A stretch of DNA of 64,000 bases from Dehalococcoidia bacterium (GCA_965214735.1 OZ243977.1:1621801-1685800); one strand, 5' to 3'. Shown: positions 34,687 to 45,024, counted from the stretch's first letter. The notes: generated from the letters alone by a model not told the origin. Numbers and translations: made by a program.

Positions 34687-35654
34687 ACTACGTTCGTCTT
34701 GGCGGTACCGGGCTCAAGGTCTCGGAGTACTGCATCGGTGGCGACAACTTAGGGGGACAGACGGATGCGGAGGAATCGCTGCGGATCATGGGAGCTGCTT
34801 TCGATGCCGGCGTGAACTTCATCGATACTGCCAACGTGTACTGCGGCGGCAGGTCGGAAGAGATAGTGGGGCGTTTCATAGAGTCTCGTCGTTCGGATGT
34901 TGTGCTGGCGAGTAAGGGTAACGGTAGGATCGGCGATGGTCCGAACGATTCGGGTGTGAATCGCAAGTATGTGATGCGTGCTATCGAGGATTCGCTGAGA
35001 CGTCTGGGAACCGACTACATTGATCTGTATCAGATTCATTCGTTCCCTTGGGAAGTTCCTATAGATGAGCTGGTTCAGGCTTACAGCGATGTGGTGGCAT
35101 CTGGCAAGGCTCGTTATATCGGAGTATCGAACTTTGCGGGATATCAGCTGACGGAGGCGTTGTGGCAAGCGGACAAGCTGGGAGCCAGGCGTTTCGACTG
35201 CGTCCAGCCGCGGTACAATCTTTTGGTTCGTGATGCTGAGAGAGAGTTGCTGCCGGCTTGCGCCGAGTTTGGAGTCGGCGTGATCGTGTATTCTCCGCAG
35301 GCGGGCGGGTTCCTGCTTGGCAAGCATCGGAATTTCGAGGCGGAGCCGGGCACACGTTTCTCAGATGCTTTCTGGGCATCGCAGTACTATCGCGACACGT
35401 ACTGGTCGGCGTCTATGTTCGACGCGATGGAGCGTATCTTCGGGATTGCAGATCAGCACGGCGTCACGCCTGGTGCGTTGTCGCTCAGGTGGGTGATCAG
35501 CAATCCGGTGGTGACTTCGTGCATCGTCGGAGCTCGGACTGAGGAGCAGCTGGCTGCGAATTTGGCGGCTTGGGACGAGGATGTTCCTGAAGAAGCACTT
35601 GATGAGGCTACGGAGGCGAGCGAGTCGGTGCGGACTACCTATTCGCAGGTTTGA
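34683..35654 (+). CDS. aldo/keto reductase
   Basis: MNYVRLGGTGLKVSEYCIGGDNLG...GVNFIDTANVY...DLYQIHSF...GVSNF. There is a 4-nt overlap with the upstream AKR. Confidence 0.85.
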   Translation: MNYVRLGGTGLKVSEYCIGGDNLGGQTDAEESLRIMGAAFDAGVNFIDTANVYCGGRSEEIVGRFIESRRSDVVLASKGNGRIGDGPNDSGVNRKYVMRAIEDSLRRLGTDYIDLYQIHSFPWEVPIDELVQAYSDVVASGKARYIGVSNFAGYQLTEALWQADKLGARRFDCVQPRYNLLVRDAERELLPACAEFGVGVIVYSPQAGGFLLGKHRNFEAEPGTRFSDAFWASQYYRDTYWSASMFDAMERIFGIADQHGVTPGALSLRWVISNPVVTSCIVGARTEEQLAANLAAWDEDVPEEALDEATEASESVRTTYSQV

Positions 35655-35801
35655 CACTTTCGTTTTTAGTAGTTTGTCTCGGCTGTAAGATTGTGTGAAG
35701 GCGATTGCGTTTTTGCCGCTTTCAGATATCGTCGCGATGCATTCTGATGCGTATTCGTGTTCCAGTGGCGTTGTCTGTTTCGTAACTATGGGGAGTTTGA
35801 C

Positions 35802-36224
35802 ATGAGTCTGAACATCTATCTTCATTTCGACGGTAACTGCCGCGAGGTGTTTGAGTTTTATCGGTCGGTGTTTGGCGGCGATTTCGCTTCACTCTCAACG
35901 TTTAGTGAAGCACCAGAAGGTACGGAGATCCGGGAGGATGAGATGGACAACGTGATGCATGTCGCGTATCCGCTAGGATCGGGTGTCTTGATGGGCAGTG
36001 ATGTGCCATCGGCGTTCGCGCCGCCGCCGGTTCAGGGCAGCAACTTTTCGATCTCGTACGAGCCTTCGAGCAGGGAGGAGATGGACGAGGTGTTCGCGAA
36101 GCTTTCGGACGGCGGAAGAGTGACGATGCCGGTGGACGAGATGTTCTGGGGAGCGTACTTCGGATCGTGCACCGACAAGTTCGGGATCAATTGGCAGTTC
36201 AACCTCCAGTTATCGGAGGATTAG
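35802..36224 (+). CDS. VOC/glyoxalase-superfamily protein (PhnB-like)
   Basis: MSLNIYLHFDGNCREVFEFYRSVFGG...MHVAY...MFWGAYFGSCTDKFGINWQFN. GGGGAG RBS. The ORF maximum starts at 35757. Confidence 0.75.
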   Translation: MSLNIYLHFDGNCREVFEFYRSVFGGDFASLSTFSEAPEGTEIREDEMDNVMHVAYPLGSGVLMGSDVPSAFAPPPVQGSNFSISYEPSSREEMDEVFAKLSDGGRVTMPVDEMFWGAYFGSCTDKFGINWQFNLQLSED

Positions 36225-36560
36225 ATGCTGTCGCTCATCTGATTGATTGGTGGAAGCGATCTGAGGCGGTGTTTCCAGCTATTGGCATGCACTTGGATCT
36301 ATGGTTTCCGGATATCTTCTTGGCGACGGGATATGTCGCTGACTACCGACATACAGTGCCAATACTGCCCTACCGTTCTCGTGTTGCATCGGTGGTCTAT
36401 CCTTTCTGAGCAGGAGTAGCTGGAAGCGATGCTTCGCATCGGTGTACTTGCTCATGTGTGAGGCTCATGTAGCATCTCTACGACTAGCCGCTGCGCCTCT
36501 GACGCAGTTTTTACGACCTAGATATCCGATGGATGCATCCATGCAGTTGAGTAGTGCTAC

Positions 36561-37874
36561 ATGAGCTTCGATGTTGCAGGTTCGGTTCAAGATTCTCATC
36601 GTGTGGATGGGCTGGATCCCTCGGAGACGGTGAGAGTGAAGAGCGAATCTGACGTATGTGCAGCCTTGCGTGATGCCCATGCGGCTGAGTCAGCGGTCAT
36701 ACCTTGCTCTGGAGGAACTCGAATTTCGGTAGGCAATGTTCCTGAGGCGTACGATGTTGCGCTCGACCTTTCGGGGCTCAACTCGAAGATCGAGCATGTG
36801 GCTGGGGATATGACGGTGGTGTGCGATGCTGGTGTTCGGGTCGGTGATGTAGAGGAGATATTGAGAGCGCAGGGGCAGCGTCTGCCCTTTCTGGTTCCGC
36901 GCGGGGATTATGCGACGATTGGCGGATCTGTGGCATCTAATGCGCCTAGCCGTTTGCGCCCGATGTTCGGAGGGATTCGTGACTGGGTGATCGGGATGAG
37001 GGTGATCTTGGCAGATGGTACTGCGACGAAGAGCGGGGGCCGCGTGGTTAAGAATGTGCAGGGTTTTGACTTGCATCGTCTACACACAGGTGCCTATGGC
37101 ACGTTGGGTGTTATCGTGGAGGTTGCGTTGAAGCTGGTTCCTGTTGCAAGATCGAGCAGGACGGTGGCGCTGTGGTTCGATCAGGTTGAGACTGCGGATG
37201 AGACGGCACGCGAGATCGGGATGCGTAATTTGAATGTGGAATCTGCCCGTCTGTACGTCGGTGGTCGAGCCACCGGGATGATTCGCGACTTGGCTGCCAA
37301 TCGGTACATGGATTCTGGAGATGACTCTCAAGTTGCGGATACGCTTCTTCTTGTGAAGCTGAATGGCTCGTGGGCATCGCTCGAGCGTCAGACTCAGGAG
37401 CTGATGGGATTGGCGGGGACGGTGCCCGCTTTGGGATATGAACGTCTGGACCGTGAGTCGGATGCCGAGTCTTGGGACTACATGGAAGCTCCGATCGATG
37501 GTAGTGGGTTTCGAGCACAGCTGGCTTTGAAGCCTAGTGATTCATTGAGAGTTATGAGTGGTCTCAAACGGATCGCCGATCGTGAGGGTTTGAGCGATGG
37601 CTTCGCAGGATTTATGGATGTTGGGCACGGCTCTGCGACGGTGGCTTTGAATGATGTGACGGCGGACTTTGCGGCGATTTTTGCGAATGAATGTATCGGA
37701 GCCGCGCGTGTGGTTGGAGGTTCGGCGTTGATCGAGGAGTGCTCGACTGAGGCGAAGAAGGGGATGGATGTGTTTGGCATCGATGATGGTGCGCGTGGGA
37801 TCATGATGCAGATGAAGCGAGAGTTCGATCCGCGTCGGATCCTGAATCGTGGACGCTACGCCTTTAGAATCTGA
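36561..37874 (+). CDS. glcE: FAD-binding oxidase, glycolate oxidase subunit GlcE-like
   Basis: FAD_binding_4-like region (PCSGGTRISVGN...ATIGGSVASNAPS...VKNVQGFDLHRL). It lies immediately upstream of glcF. Confidence 0.7.
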   Translation: MSFDVAGSVQDSHRVDGLDPSETVRVKSESDVCAALRDAHAAESAVIPCSGGTRISVGNVPEAYDVALDLSGLNSKIEHVAGDMTVVCDAGVRVGDVEEILRAQGQRLPFLVPRGDYATIGGSVASNAPSRLRPMFGGIRDWVIGMRVILADGTATKSGGRVVKNVQGFDLHRLHTGAYGTLGVIVEVALKLVPVARSSRTVALWFDQVETADETAREIGMRNLNVESARLYVGGRATGMIRDLAANRYMDSGDDSQVADTLLLVKLNGSWASLERQTQELMGLAGTVPALGYERLDRESDAESWDYMEAPIDGSGFRAQLALKPSDSLRVMSGLKRIADREGLSDGFAGFMDVGHGSATVALNDVTADFAAIFANECIGAARVVGGSALIEECSTEAKKGMDVFGIDDGARGIMMQMKREFDPRRILNRGRYAFRI

Positions 37875-37888
37875 GATGTGTTAGCGCG

Positions 37889-39238
37889 TTGAAAATCGAT
37901 TCAAAGCTTGCCGGCCGGGGCTTCATCACTCCGGACGGGCCTGAAGAGAGCGACCTGTACAAATGTGTTCAGTGCGGGTTCTGTCTCAACGCGTGCCCGA
38001 CATATTTGGAGACTGGCTTAGAGACAGAGTCTCCACGTGGCAGGCTGACTCTGATGAAGGCGGTCAACGAGGGGCGGCTGGAGATGACTCCGACGGTTAC
38101 TCGCCATTGGGATCTGTGCTTGCAGTGCCGCGCCTGTGAAGTGGCTTGCCCTTCAGGCGTTCCGTACGGACGCATCATGATGTCGACTCGTGCGGAGATG
38201 AAGGAGCGTGTGAAGCGTCCGTTGAAGGAGCGCTTCGCTAGGGAGGTCGGTTTCAATCAGATACTCCCGCGCCCGGCTTTGCTCAGGACCGTTGGCAAGG
38301 TCGCGAAGTTCTACCAGCGTTCAGGCATCCGCTCAGCGTTTAGAAGGAGCGGATTTTTGGGTTCTCTGCCGGGCCGGATGGATCATCTAGACGCCTCGAT
38401 GCCGGAGATTGGCGATGGGGTTTTTGTAGCTGATGGCAGGGTGTTGAAGCCGTTGGGGGCGATCAAGGCTAGAGTTGCGATGTTGGCGGGCTGTGTGATG
38501 ACGATGATGCATGCGGATGCTCTGGAGTCGGCTGTGAGGGTGATGGTGCATAACGGTGTGGAGGTGCATGTTCCGGCTGACCAGGGATGCTGCGGGTCGC
38601 TGAATATGTATGCGGGAGAGCGTTCGACTGCCCGAAGTATGGCGCAGCGCAACGTGGTCTCTCTTTTGCGGATGAATCCCGATGCAGTGGTATCTGTTTC
38701 AGCTGGATGCGGTTCGACGATGAAGGAGTATGAGGAGCTACTGCCGGGAGATGATGACGCTGCGTTGCTGGCTGAGAAGACGAGAGATGTGCACGAGTTC
38801 CTGACGGATTTGGGGATCACTTCTCCGACGGGAAGGATCGAGAAGAGTGTCACGTTCCAGGATCCTTGCCACTTGTTGTCGACGCAGAGGGTTCACGATG
38901 CGCCCCGCGAGTTGTTGCGTTCGATTCCGGGGTTGAAGCTGGTTGAGATGTCGGAGGGTGCTGTGTGTTGCGGCTCGGCGGGCACGTACTCGATATCGCA
39001 GCGTGAGATGTCGCTTCAGTTAGGGGACCGCAAGGCACGCAACATTGTAGCGTCGGGCGCCGATGTCATGGTGACGGGTAATCCTGGATGTGCGCTTCAG
39101 CTTAATAACGCGCTGGCGCGCGCGGGGCACGATATCGAAGTGAAGTACGTTGTCGAGCTGCTGGACGAAGCGTATCGGTCTGGCGGTGATTACAGTCAGA
39201 CTGTGTATGCTGGAGGTGGCAGAGATGCCAGCTCCTGA
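37889..39238 (+). CDS. glcF: glycolate oxidase iron-sulfur subunit GlcF-like
   Basis: Two ferredoxin-type clusters, CVQCGFCLNACP and CLQCRACEVACP, plus two CCG-type Cys-rich repeats (QGCCGS, AVCCGSAG). Confidence 0.85.
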   Translation: MKIDSKLAGRGFITPDGPEESDLYKCVQCGFCLNACPTYLETGLETESPRGRLTLMKAVNEGRLEMTPTVTRHWDLCLQCRACEVACPSGVPYGRIMMSTRAEMKERVKRPLKERFAREVGFNQILPRPALLRTVGKVAKFYQRSGIRSAFRRSGFLGSLPGRMDHLDASMPEIGDGVFVADGRVLKPLGAIKARVAMLAGCVMTMMHADALESAVRVMVHNGVEVHVPADQGCCGSLNMYAGERSTARSMAQRNVVSLLRMNPDAVVSVSAGCGSTMKEYEELLPGDDDAALLAEKTRDVHEFLTDLGITSPTGRIEKSVTFQDPCHLLSTQRVHDAPRELLRSIPGLKLVEMSEGAVCCGSAGTYSISQREMSLQLGDRKARNIVASGADVMVTGNPGCALQLNNALARAGHDIEVKYVVELLDEAYRSGGDYSQTVYAGGGRDASS

Positions 39239-40437
39239 GCAGCGGCAGAGATAGCGGCTCCGTGCGGGACTTCGTATCCTAGGGTGGGAAGTATCGCTTC
39301 GAGGGCGTTGAGCAGGGCGAAGACGTTGGCGGGGATGCAAGACTCTCCCATGAGGCCGATTCGAATCACTTTACCTGCGAACTGTCCCAGCCCGCGTCCG
39401 ACTTCAATGGAGTACTGGTTCAGAAGCATGCTGCGGAGTTCGACGTCGTCCACGCCGTCGGGTAGGTTGACGACAGTCAGCTGATTCAGGCGGTCTGCCT
39501 CTGCAACCGGTGAATCCAGTTCGATTGCCGCCAAGCCGGATCTAAGTGAGTCTGCTACTCTCTGGTGTCGAGTCCACCTCGCCTCGATGCCTTCTTCTTC
39601 AACGAGGGTCAGTGCTTCACGAAGTCCGTAGATCATGCTGACCGGGCTGGTGTGATGGTGGATGTGGTCGGGTCCCCAGTAGTCGGCGATCAGCGCGAGG
39701 TCTAGGTACCATGAACTGGGAAGGGTTTCGCGGTTTCTGATGTGGTGCAGCGCTCTGTCGGAGATCGCGGCTGGACTGATGCCGGGCGGTGCGGCGAGAC
39801 ATTTCTGGGATCCGCCGTATGCGTAGTCGATGCCCCAGTCGTCGAAATTTATCGGAGTGCCGGCGAGAGATGTCACGACGTCGGTCATGAACAGAGCGTC
39901 GTGGTGATGAGCGAGCGACGAGAGTGTTGAGACATCTTGCAGAACGCCGGTGGATGTTTCTGCGTGAATTGCGGAGACGAGGACGGTTCCGGGATTCTCA
40001 TCGAGGGCCTGTTCCAGAGCCTCAGGGTCGATGGGTTTACCCCATTCGGCATCGACTCTGACCACCTCGACGCCGAGCCTTTCGCACATGATTATCTGTC
40101 GTTCACAGAAGAATCCGTTGACGCAGATTATGGCCTTGTCTCCTCGCTGTAGGATGCTCGAGAGTCCGGCTTCCATACCTGCAGATCCTGCGCCGGCTAC
40201 TGCCATTGTGGTCTGCTCTGTCATGAAGATGCTGGCGAGCAACTTAGATACGTCTTCGAGGATTTCGAAGAAAGCGGGGTCGAGATATCCGATGATGGGC
40301 TGGGACATCGCCCTCAATACTCGAGGGTTGGCAGAGCTAGGTCCGGGCCCGAGTATCATTCGGCGCGGAATGGGTCGAGCCGCGCCGAATGAGCGGTCCG
40401 TTTCGGAGGGTGTTTCGTTATCTTCGCCGTTTTTCAC
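39196..40437 (-). CDS. class-V aminotransferase (serine/alanine-glyoxylate aminotransferase type)
   Basis: ILGPGPSSANPRVLRAM N-terminus and PLP-lysine region YAYGGSQKCL. The start is uncertain: GTG at 40437 has GAGG upstream, ATG at 40359 is also possible, and the ORF maximum is 40581. The 3' end overlaps glcF by 43 nt (convergent). Confidence 0.75.
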   Translation of the reverse strand: MKNGEDNETPSETDRSFGAARPIPRRMILGPGPSSANPRVLRAMSQPIIGYLDPAFFEILEDVSKLLASIFMTEQTTMAVAGAGSAGMEAGLSSILQRGDKAIICVNGFFCERQIIMCERLGVEVVRVDAEWGKPIDPEALEQALDENPGTVLVSAIHAETSTGVLQDVSTLSSLAHHHDALFMTDVVTSLAGTPINFDDWGIDYAYGGSQKCLAAPPGISPAAISDRALHHIRNRETLPSSWYLDLALIADYWGPDHIHHHTSPVSMIYGLREALTLVEEEGIEARWTRHQRVADSLRSGLAAIELDSPVAEADRLNQLTVVNLPDGVDDVELRSMLLNQYSIEVGRGLGQFAGKVIRIGLMGESCIPANVFALLNALEAILPTLGYEVPHGAAISAAAQELASLPPPAYTV

Positions 40438-40647
40438 GTCGCCTCGCTTGCTTGGGTTCGTGTTGGTGCACCCAAATTTCACGATAATGTATAACGGCTT
40501 CACGGGCAAATCGTGAAGCCGTTGACTGATCAACCGATCTAGTGGAAGGCGCGGGTTTAGACTTGCCCTGATACTCATCAACGGTGTAGATCGAATATGC
40601 TCTAAAGCCGAGATGTAAAGCGAATTCAGATATAGAGGATTGCAGAG

Positions 40648-41439
40648 ATGGATTTAGGACTTGAAGGCAAGGTTGCGGTTGTTACGGGTGCGAGCGATGG
40701 TATTGGCAAGGCAGCGGCGACGAGGTTCGCGATGGAGGGTGCCAACGTTGCGTTGGTGTCGCGAACGAAATCGGATTTAGAAGCTGTCGCCGCCGAGTTG
40801 AACGGTGCGGGCGGAGGTGAAGTGGTCGCGGCTCCATCCGATGTTTCGGACGAGGATGCGGTGAAGGGGATGATGAGCGATGTTGCGGAGAGGTTCGGTA
40901 GGATCGATATCTTGGTTAACAACGCGGGTACGTCTTCGGCATCGCGTTTCGAGGAGATGACGAACGAACAGCTTGACATCGATTTTTCCCTGAAGGTCAA
41001 GGGTGCTATCTACATGACTCGCTATGCACTGCCCCATCTCAAGCAGTCGGATGGAGCGGCGATTTGCAACACTACCACTCCCGGCGGAAAGGCGGCGGCT
41101 GGCGGCAGTCAACCTACGTCGTTGTCTCGGGCGGCTGGCATCTCCCTTACCAAGGCTTGGTCGAAGGAGTTCGGGGAATACGGGATTCGGGTGAACACTG
41201 TATGTGTCGGAGTGCTGAAGAGCCGCCAGCATCGTCGTCGTTGGGAGGCGATGAACGCTGCGGATCCGTCCTATTCATTGGACGATCACTGGGCTACTTT
41301 CGGGCCTACAGTACCGTTGGGTCGGATCGGAGAAGCCTCAGAGGCCGGCGATGTGATAGCGTTCCTCTGCTCGGATCGTGCGAGCTACATCTCGGGCGCG
41401 GCTGTGAATGTGGATGGCGGAGCGGCGGCAGTGTACTGA
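40648..41439 (+). CDS. SDR family oxidoreductase
   Basis: VAVVTGASDGIGKA, NNAG, C-terminal YISGAAVNVDGG. Confidence 0.85.
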   Translation: MDLGLEGKVAVVTGASDGIGKAAATRFAMEGANVALVSRTKSDLEAVAAELNGAGGGEVVAAPSDVSDEDAVKGMMSDVAERFGRIDILVNNAGTSSASRFEEMTNEQLDIDFSLKVKGAIYMTRYALPHLKQSDGAAICNTTTPGGKAAAGGSQPTSLSRAAGISLTKAWSKEFGEYGIRVNTVCVGVLKSRQHRRRWEAMNAADPSYSLDDHWATFGPTVPLGRIGEASEAGDVIAFLCSDRASYISGAAVNVDGGAAAVY

Positions 41440-41491
41440 TCTGTAGCTGGCTTAACTAATATCGATCCACGGGTGCATTGTCTTACTATAG

Positions 41492-41518
41492 GTTCCCGCT
41501 TTCGCGGGAATGACGGGG
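41492..41518. repeat. small palindromic REP-like element, copy 2
   Basis: GTTCCCGCTTTCGCGGGAATGACGGGG, with stem TTCCCGC/GCGGGAA. It lies between convergent gene ends. Confidence 0.6.
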
Positions 41519-41519
41519 A

Positions 41520-42695
41520 CTACGGATTCGCGAGGCTAGTATCTAGCGCTGCCCTTACGAATATCTCAGCTCCGATCGGCAGGCATGCCTCGTCGAAGTC
41601 GAACTTGGCGTTGTGATGGCCTTCAGCGCCTTTTTTGGACGCGCCTAGGATGAAGTAGGTTCCGGGGATGCGGTTCATGAACTCTGCCATGTCGTCGCCG
41701 ACGCTTATAGGGGCTATTTCGCCCACGGAGTCCTCGCCTGCGGTCTGCATCGCCAATCCAGAAATCCAATCCGCGATTGCCGGATTGTTGACTACTGGCG
41801 GCGTGCCGCTCAGGTAGGTGTAGCTGGCATCTGCGCGCAAAGAACGAGCTACGTTTTGGACTATCCGCTCCATCGCTTCTCTGATGGCTTGGTGAGTCTG
41901 AGAGTTGTAGGCGCGGATGGTGCCCCGCATCTCGACGCTGTCGGCAATAACGTTTCCCGCGCTGCCGCCTTCGATGCTTCCGAAGGTGACCACACCCATC
42001 TCGTGAGGCGGTATCTCGCGTGCCACCACCGTTTGGCTCGTATTGACGATCTGAGAAGCTACGACTATCGGATCCACGGTTAGGTGGGGCATTGCGCCGT
42101 GACCGCCGAAGCCCCTTACTGAGACGCTGAACATATCGGCGCCGGCGAAGACGGTTCCTTGGTTGACACCTACATATCCGGTAGGCACTTGATTCCAGAG
42201 GTGGGTTCCGATCACTGCGTCTGCATCAGCGATCATCTCCATCACGCCGTCGTCAATCATTGCGAGCGCCCCCTGCGCCCACTCTTCGGCGGGCTGGAAG
42301 AGAAAGAGAACGCTCCCATCGATGCGGTCCTGCATCTGGGAAATGACATCTGCCGCTGCCAGTGCCATGGCGATGTGGCCGTCATGCCCGCATGCATGCA
42401 TCGCTCCGTTGGTAGATGCGAATTCGAGCCCGGTCAATTCTTCGATCGGCAGGCCATCGATGTCGGCTCTGATCACGAGCGTCTTGCCGGGGTTTTCGCC
42501 TTTCAGTTCGGCGAGAATCCCGGTTCCGCCGATATTCTCGGTCACTTGCAGTCCCGCCGAGCGAAGACGTTTCGCTATGTAATCTGCGGTGCGGATCTCG
42601 TTGAAAGAGGTCTCCGGTCTGGCATGGAGGAATCGTCGCGTGGCGATGATGTCCTTCCTGCGAGCTTCGATCGCTGACGATATATCGTCTCGCAT
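41520..42695 (-). CDS. M20D family amidohydrolase (N-acyl-amino-acid/hippurate hydrolase type)
   Basis: HARPETSFNE, MHACGHDGH, FQPAEE. Confidence 0.85.
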   Translation of the reverse strand: MRDDISSAIEARRKDIIATRRFLHARPETSFNEIRTADYIAKRLRSAGLQVTENIGGTGILAELKGENPGKTLVIRADIDGLPIEELTGLEFASTNGAMHACGHDGHIAMALAAADVISQMQDRIDGSVLFLFQPAEEWAQGALAMIDDGVMEMIADADAVIGTHLWNQVPTGYVGVNQGTVFAGADMFSVSVRGFGGHGAMPHLTVDPIVVASQIVNTSQTVVAREIPPHEMGVVTFGSIEGGSAGNVIADSVEMRGTIRAYNSQTHQAIREAMERIVQNVARSLRADASYTYLSGTPPVVNNPAIADWISGLAMQTAGEDSVGEIAPISVGDDMAEFMNRIPGTYFILGASKKGAEGHHNAKFDFDEACLPIGAEIFVRAALDTSLANP

Positions 42696-42697
42696 GA

Positions 42698-43705
42698 TCA
42701 GGTGTACCTGCCCTCACGAGCAGCGGCAGTCGCCTGAGCGCGTTCTAGGAATGCGTCTTGCGCCGCTGGCACGTTTTCCGGATCGCCGGACCATATCTGC
42801 AGCGGTGTCTGTTGAAGTCCTCTACCGTATGAGTAAGTGAGTTCCCAAGGAGCGCCTTCGGAGTTGGCGAGCTTGTTGATGGCATCGAGGTTTACAGTCG
42901 CCTCTTCGTCTGCCTGCCCTCCTGAAAGAAAGGCGATGCCTGGGACGGCTGCGGGTATGTTGCGATTGAAGTTGTCGAGCGTTTTTCGAGCTACTGTGTC
43001 GGCATCTGCGCGATGCGGCGCGTCGGTTGCGCTGAGTACCATGTTGGGCTTTAGGACCATGCCTTCAAGATCCACCTTCTGTTGACGTAGCTCTTGGAAG
43101 ACGCGTTGCAGGGTGCGATCGGTTGCATAATCGCATTCTTCTATCGAGTGATCGCCATCCATTAGCACCTCGGGCTCGACAATGGGTACGAGCCCTGCTT
43201 CCTGGGACAGTGCGGCAAAGCGTGCGAGCGAGTGTGCGTTTACACTGATGCAGTAGTCGGTCGGGATGTGGTCTCCAATGGTGATTACGGCTCGCCATTT
43301 TGTGAATTGTGCGCCGAGTTCTCGGTATTCGTCAAGGCGGTCGCGCAGCCCATCTAGTCCATCGGTTGTGAGTTCGTTGGACGATCCGGCGAGAGGATTG
43401 GTGGATTTGTCGACTTTGATGCCGGGGATGACTCCTTCGCTTCGGAGGACTTTGACGAATGGCGTTTGGTCGTCAGTCGACTGTCGCAGTGTCTCGTCGT
43501 AAAGGATTATTCCGCTGATGTACTGTCCGTATCCTTCAGTGGTGAAGAGCAGTTGTCGCCAAGCGCGTCGGTTCGGTTCGGTGTTTTCGACGTTTATTGA
43601 AGCTAGGCGTCTGCCGATGGTGCCGGTAGATTCGTCGGCGGCGAGTATTCCCTTGCCGCGTGCGACCATTGCGTTTGCGACTGCTTTGAGATCGTTGCCC
43701 ATCAT
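42698..43705 (-). CDS. class I fructose-bisphosphate aldolase
   Basis: GILAADESTGTIGRRL, GIKVDK, LEGMVLKPNMV, FLSGGQ. Confidence 0.85.
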   Translation of the reverse strand: MMGNDLKAVANAMVARGKGILAADESTGTIGRRLASINVENTEPNRRAWRQLLFTTEGYGQYISGIILYDETLRQSTDDQTPFVKVLRSEGVIPGIKVDKSTNPLAGSSNELTTDGLDGLRDRLDEYRELGAQFTKWRAVITIGDHIPTDYCISVNAHSLARFAALSQEAGLVPIVEPEVLMDGDHSIEECDYATDRTLQRVFQELRQQKVDLEGMVLKPNMVLSATDAPHRADADTVARKTLDNFNRNIPAAVPGIAFLSGGQADEEATVNLDAINKLANSEGAPWELTYSYGRGLQQTPLQIWSGDPENVPAAQDAFLERAQATAAAREGRYT

Positions 43706-43812
43706 TTCACCTCCGATAACGAGTGTAGAGCCGGCGAAGTTGGCTGTTGGATTTGAGCCTTGAGCCTCATGATAAGGCTTTTCGTATAAGGCAATCCTAG
43801 CGATGTCGTAGT

Positions 43813-45024
43813 CTACCGCTGTGGTCCGCGTTCGATTTCCAAGTGGTCGACCAACGCTTGGTTCTCTAGAGTACGAGCGAAATGATGTCCCCAGCTGTCG
43901 ATCGGGCTTTTTCGAGGCTCATCGCTCACGCGAATGGTAGCGTCCGATCTCTGGCGTACTTCGTCCTTCAGGCGGGTACCGATTCCCGGTCGTTGTGGTG
44001 CGTGCAGGTATCCGTCTCGAATATCTAGGTTGGGATCTACGAAGTCGTTGTACCAGCCCTTGGCGAAATCAGGCACGTGCTCCTGCATCATGGCGTTCGG
44101 CGAGCTCATGCATATGTGAGAGCATGCGAATATGTTGACCGGTCCTGTGGCGTCGTGTGGAGCGAAGGGTACCTGATGTGTGGATGCGAGGATGGCGATC
44201 TTGTGAGTCTCGGATATGCCGCCGGTCCATATGAGGTCAGGCATGACGATTCTGGCGGATCCGTTCTCGATGAATTGGCGCAGCTGCCACCGTGTCAGGA
44301 GCCGTTCGGAGATGCATACCGGCGTCTTTGTAGCTGCCTGCAATCGTGCCATAGCGTCGGGGTTCAGCAGCGGCATGAGGTCTTCCTGCCACATCATTTC
44401 GTATGGCTCCATCGCCTGTGCGATTCGTATCGCAACCGGCAATGTCCACTTCCCGTGGCCGTCGTTGGCGATCTGCATGTCCATGCCGACTGCGTCGCGA
44501 ATGTCGCGGATCGGCTTGAGCGCCGTGTCTAGTTCTTTGGGCGATAGGGACTGTCCGTCTGATGCTTGTGCGAGTCCGATGGTGGGGCCGCCCTTTATAG
44601 CTGTGATTCCCTCGTCGAGCAGCTTCCTCGCGGCCTCTCCGGCACCGACTATGGGCATAGCGGTCGCATATACGCGGATCTTGGTTCTGACTGCTCCACC
44701 GAGCAGCTCGTATATGGGGACTCCTAGTGACTGTCCCTTGATGTCCCACAGCGCCATATCTATGGATGAGATTGCGCGCATCTCTGCTCCTCCGTATCCG
44801 GCGTGGTCGGAGAGTCGGAACATAGCCTCCCAGTGGCGCTCGATGGCGAAAGGATCGCGGCCGATGATCAGGGGTCCGAACCAATCGTGCACCGCGGACT
44901 CTACGACTGAGGGCGCGTAGTAGGTTTCGCCTAACCCCACGATTCCTTCATCGGTGTGAATCTGCACCCATATAACTTGGGGCTGCTCGGCAACTCGGAT
45001 CGTCTCTATCTTAGTGACTTTCAC
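43813..45024 (-). CDS. enolase-superfamily enzyme (mandelate racemase/muconate lactonizing family; acid-sugar dehydratase-like)
   Basis: MKVTKIETIRV...IHTDEGIVGLGETY, MALWDIKG, DGHGKW..., WQEDLMP. Confidence 0.8.
   Translation of the reverse strand: MKVTKIETIRVAEQPQVIWVQIHTDEGIVGLGETYYAPSVVESAVHDWFGPLIIGRDPFAIERHWEAMFRLSDHAGYGGAEMRAISSIDMALWDIKGQSLGVPIYELLGGAVRTKIRVYATAMPIVGAGEAARKLLDEGITAIKGGPTIGLAQASDGQSLSPKELDTALKPIRDIRDAVGMDMQIANDGHGKWTLPVAIRIAQAMEPYEMMWQEDLMPLLNPDAMARLQAATKTPVCISERLLTRWQLRQFIENGSARIVMPDLIWTGGISETHKIAILASTHQVPFAPHDATGPVNIFACSHICMSSPNAMMQEHVPDFAKGWYNDFVDPNLDIRDGYLHAPQRPGIGTRLKDEVRQRSDATIRVSDEPRKSPIDSWGHHFARTLENQALVDHLEIERGPQR

Noticed and set aside
32681-41518. Possible CRISPR repeats
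   Set aside because: There are only two copies 8.8 kb apart, with no regular spacers and no cas genes. I treat them as REP-like palindromes.
44216-44920. 234-aa plus-strand ORF (and the 215-aa minus-strand alternative frame at 44237-44884)
   Set aside because: Both lie inside the enolase-superfamily gene and have shadow-frame composition.
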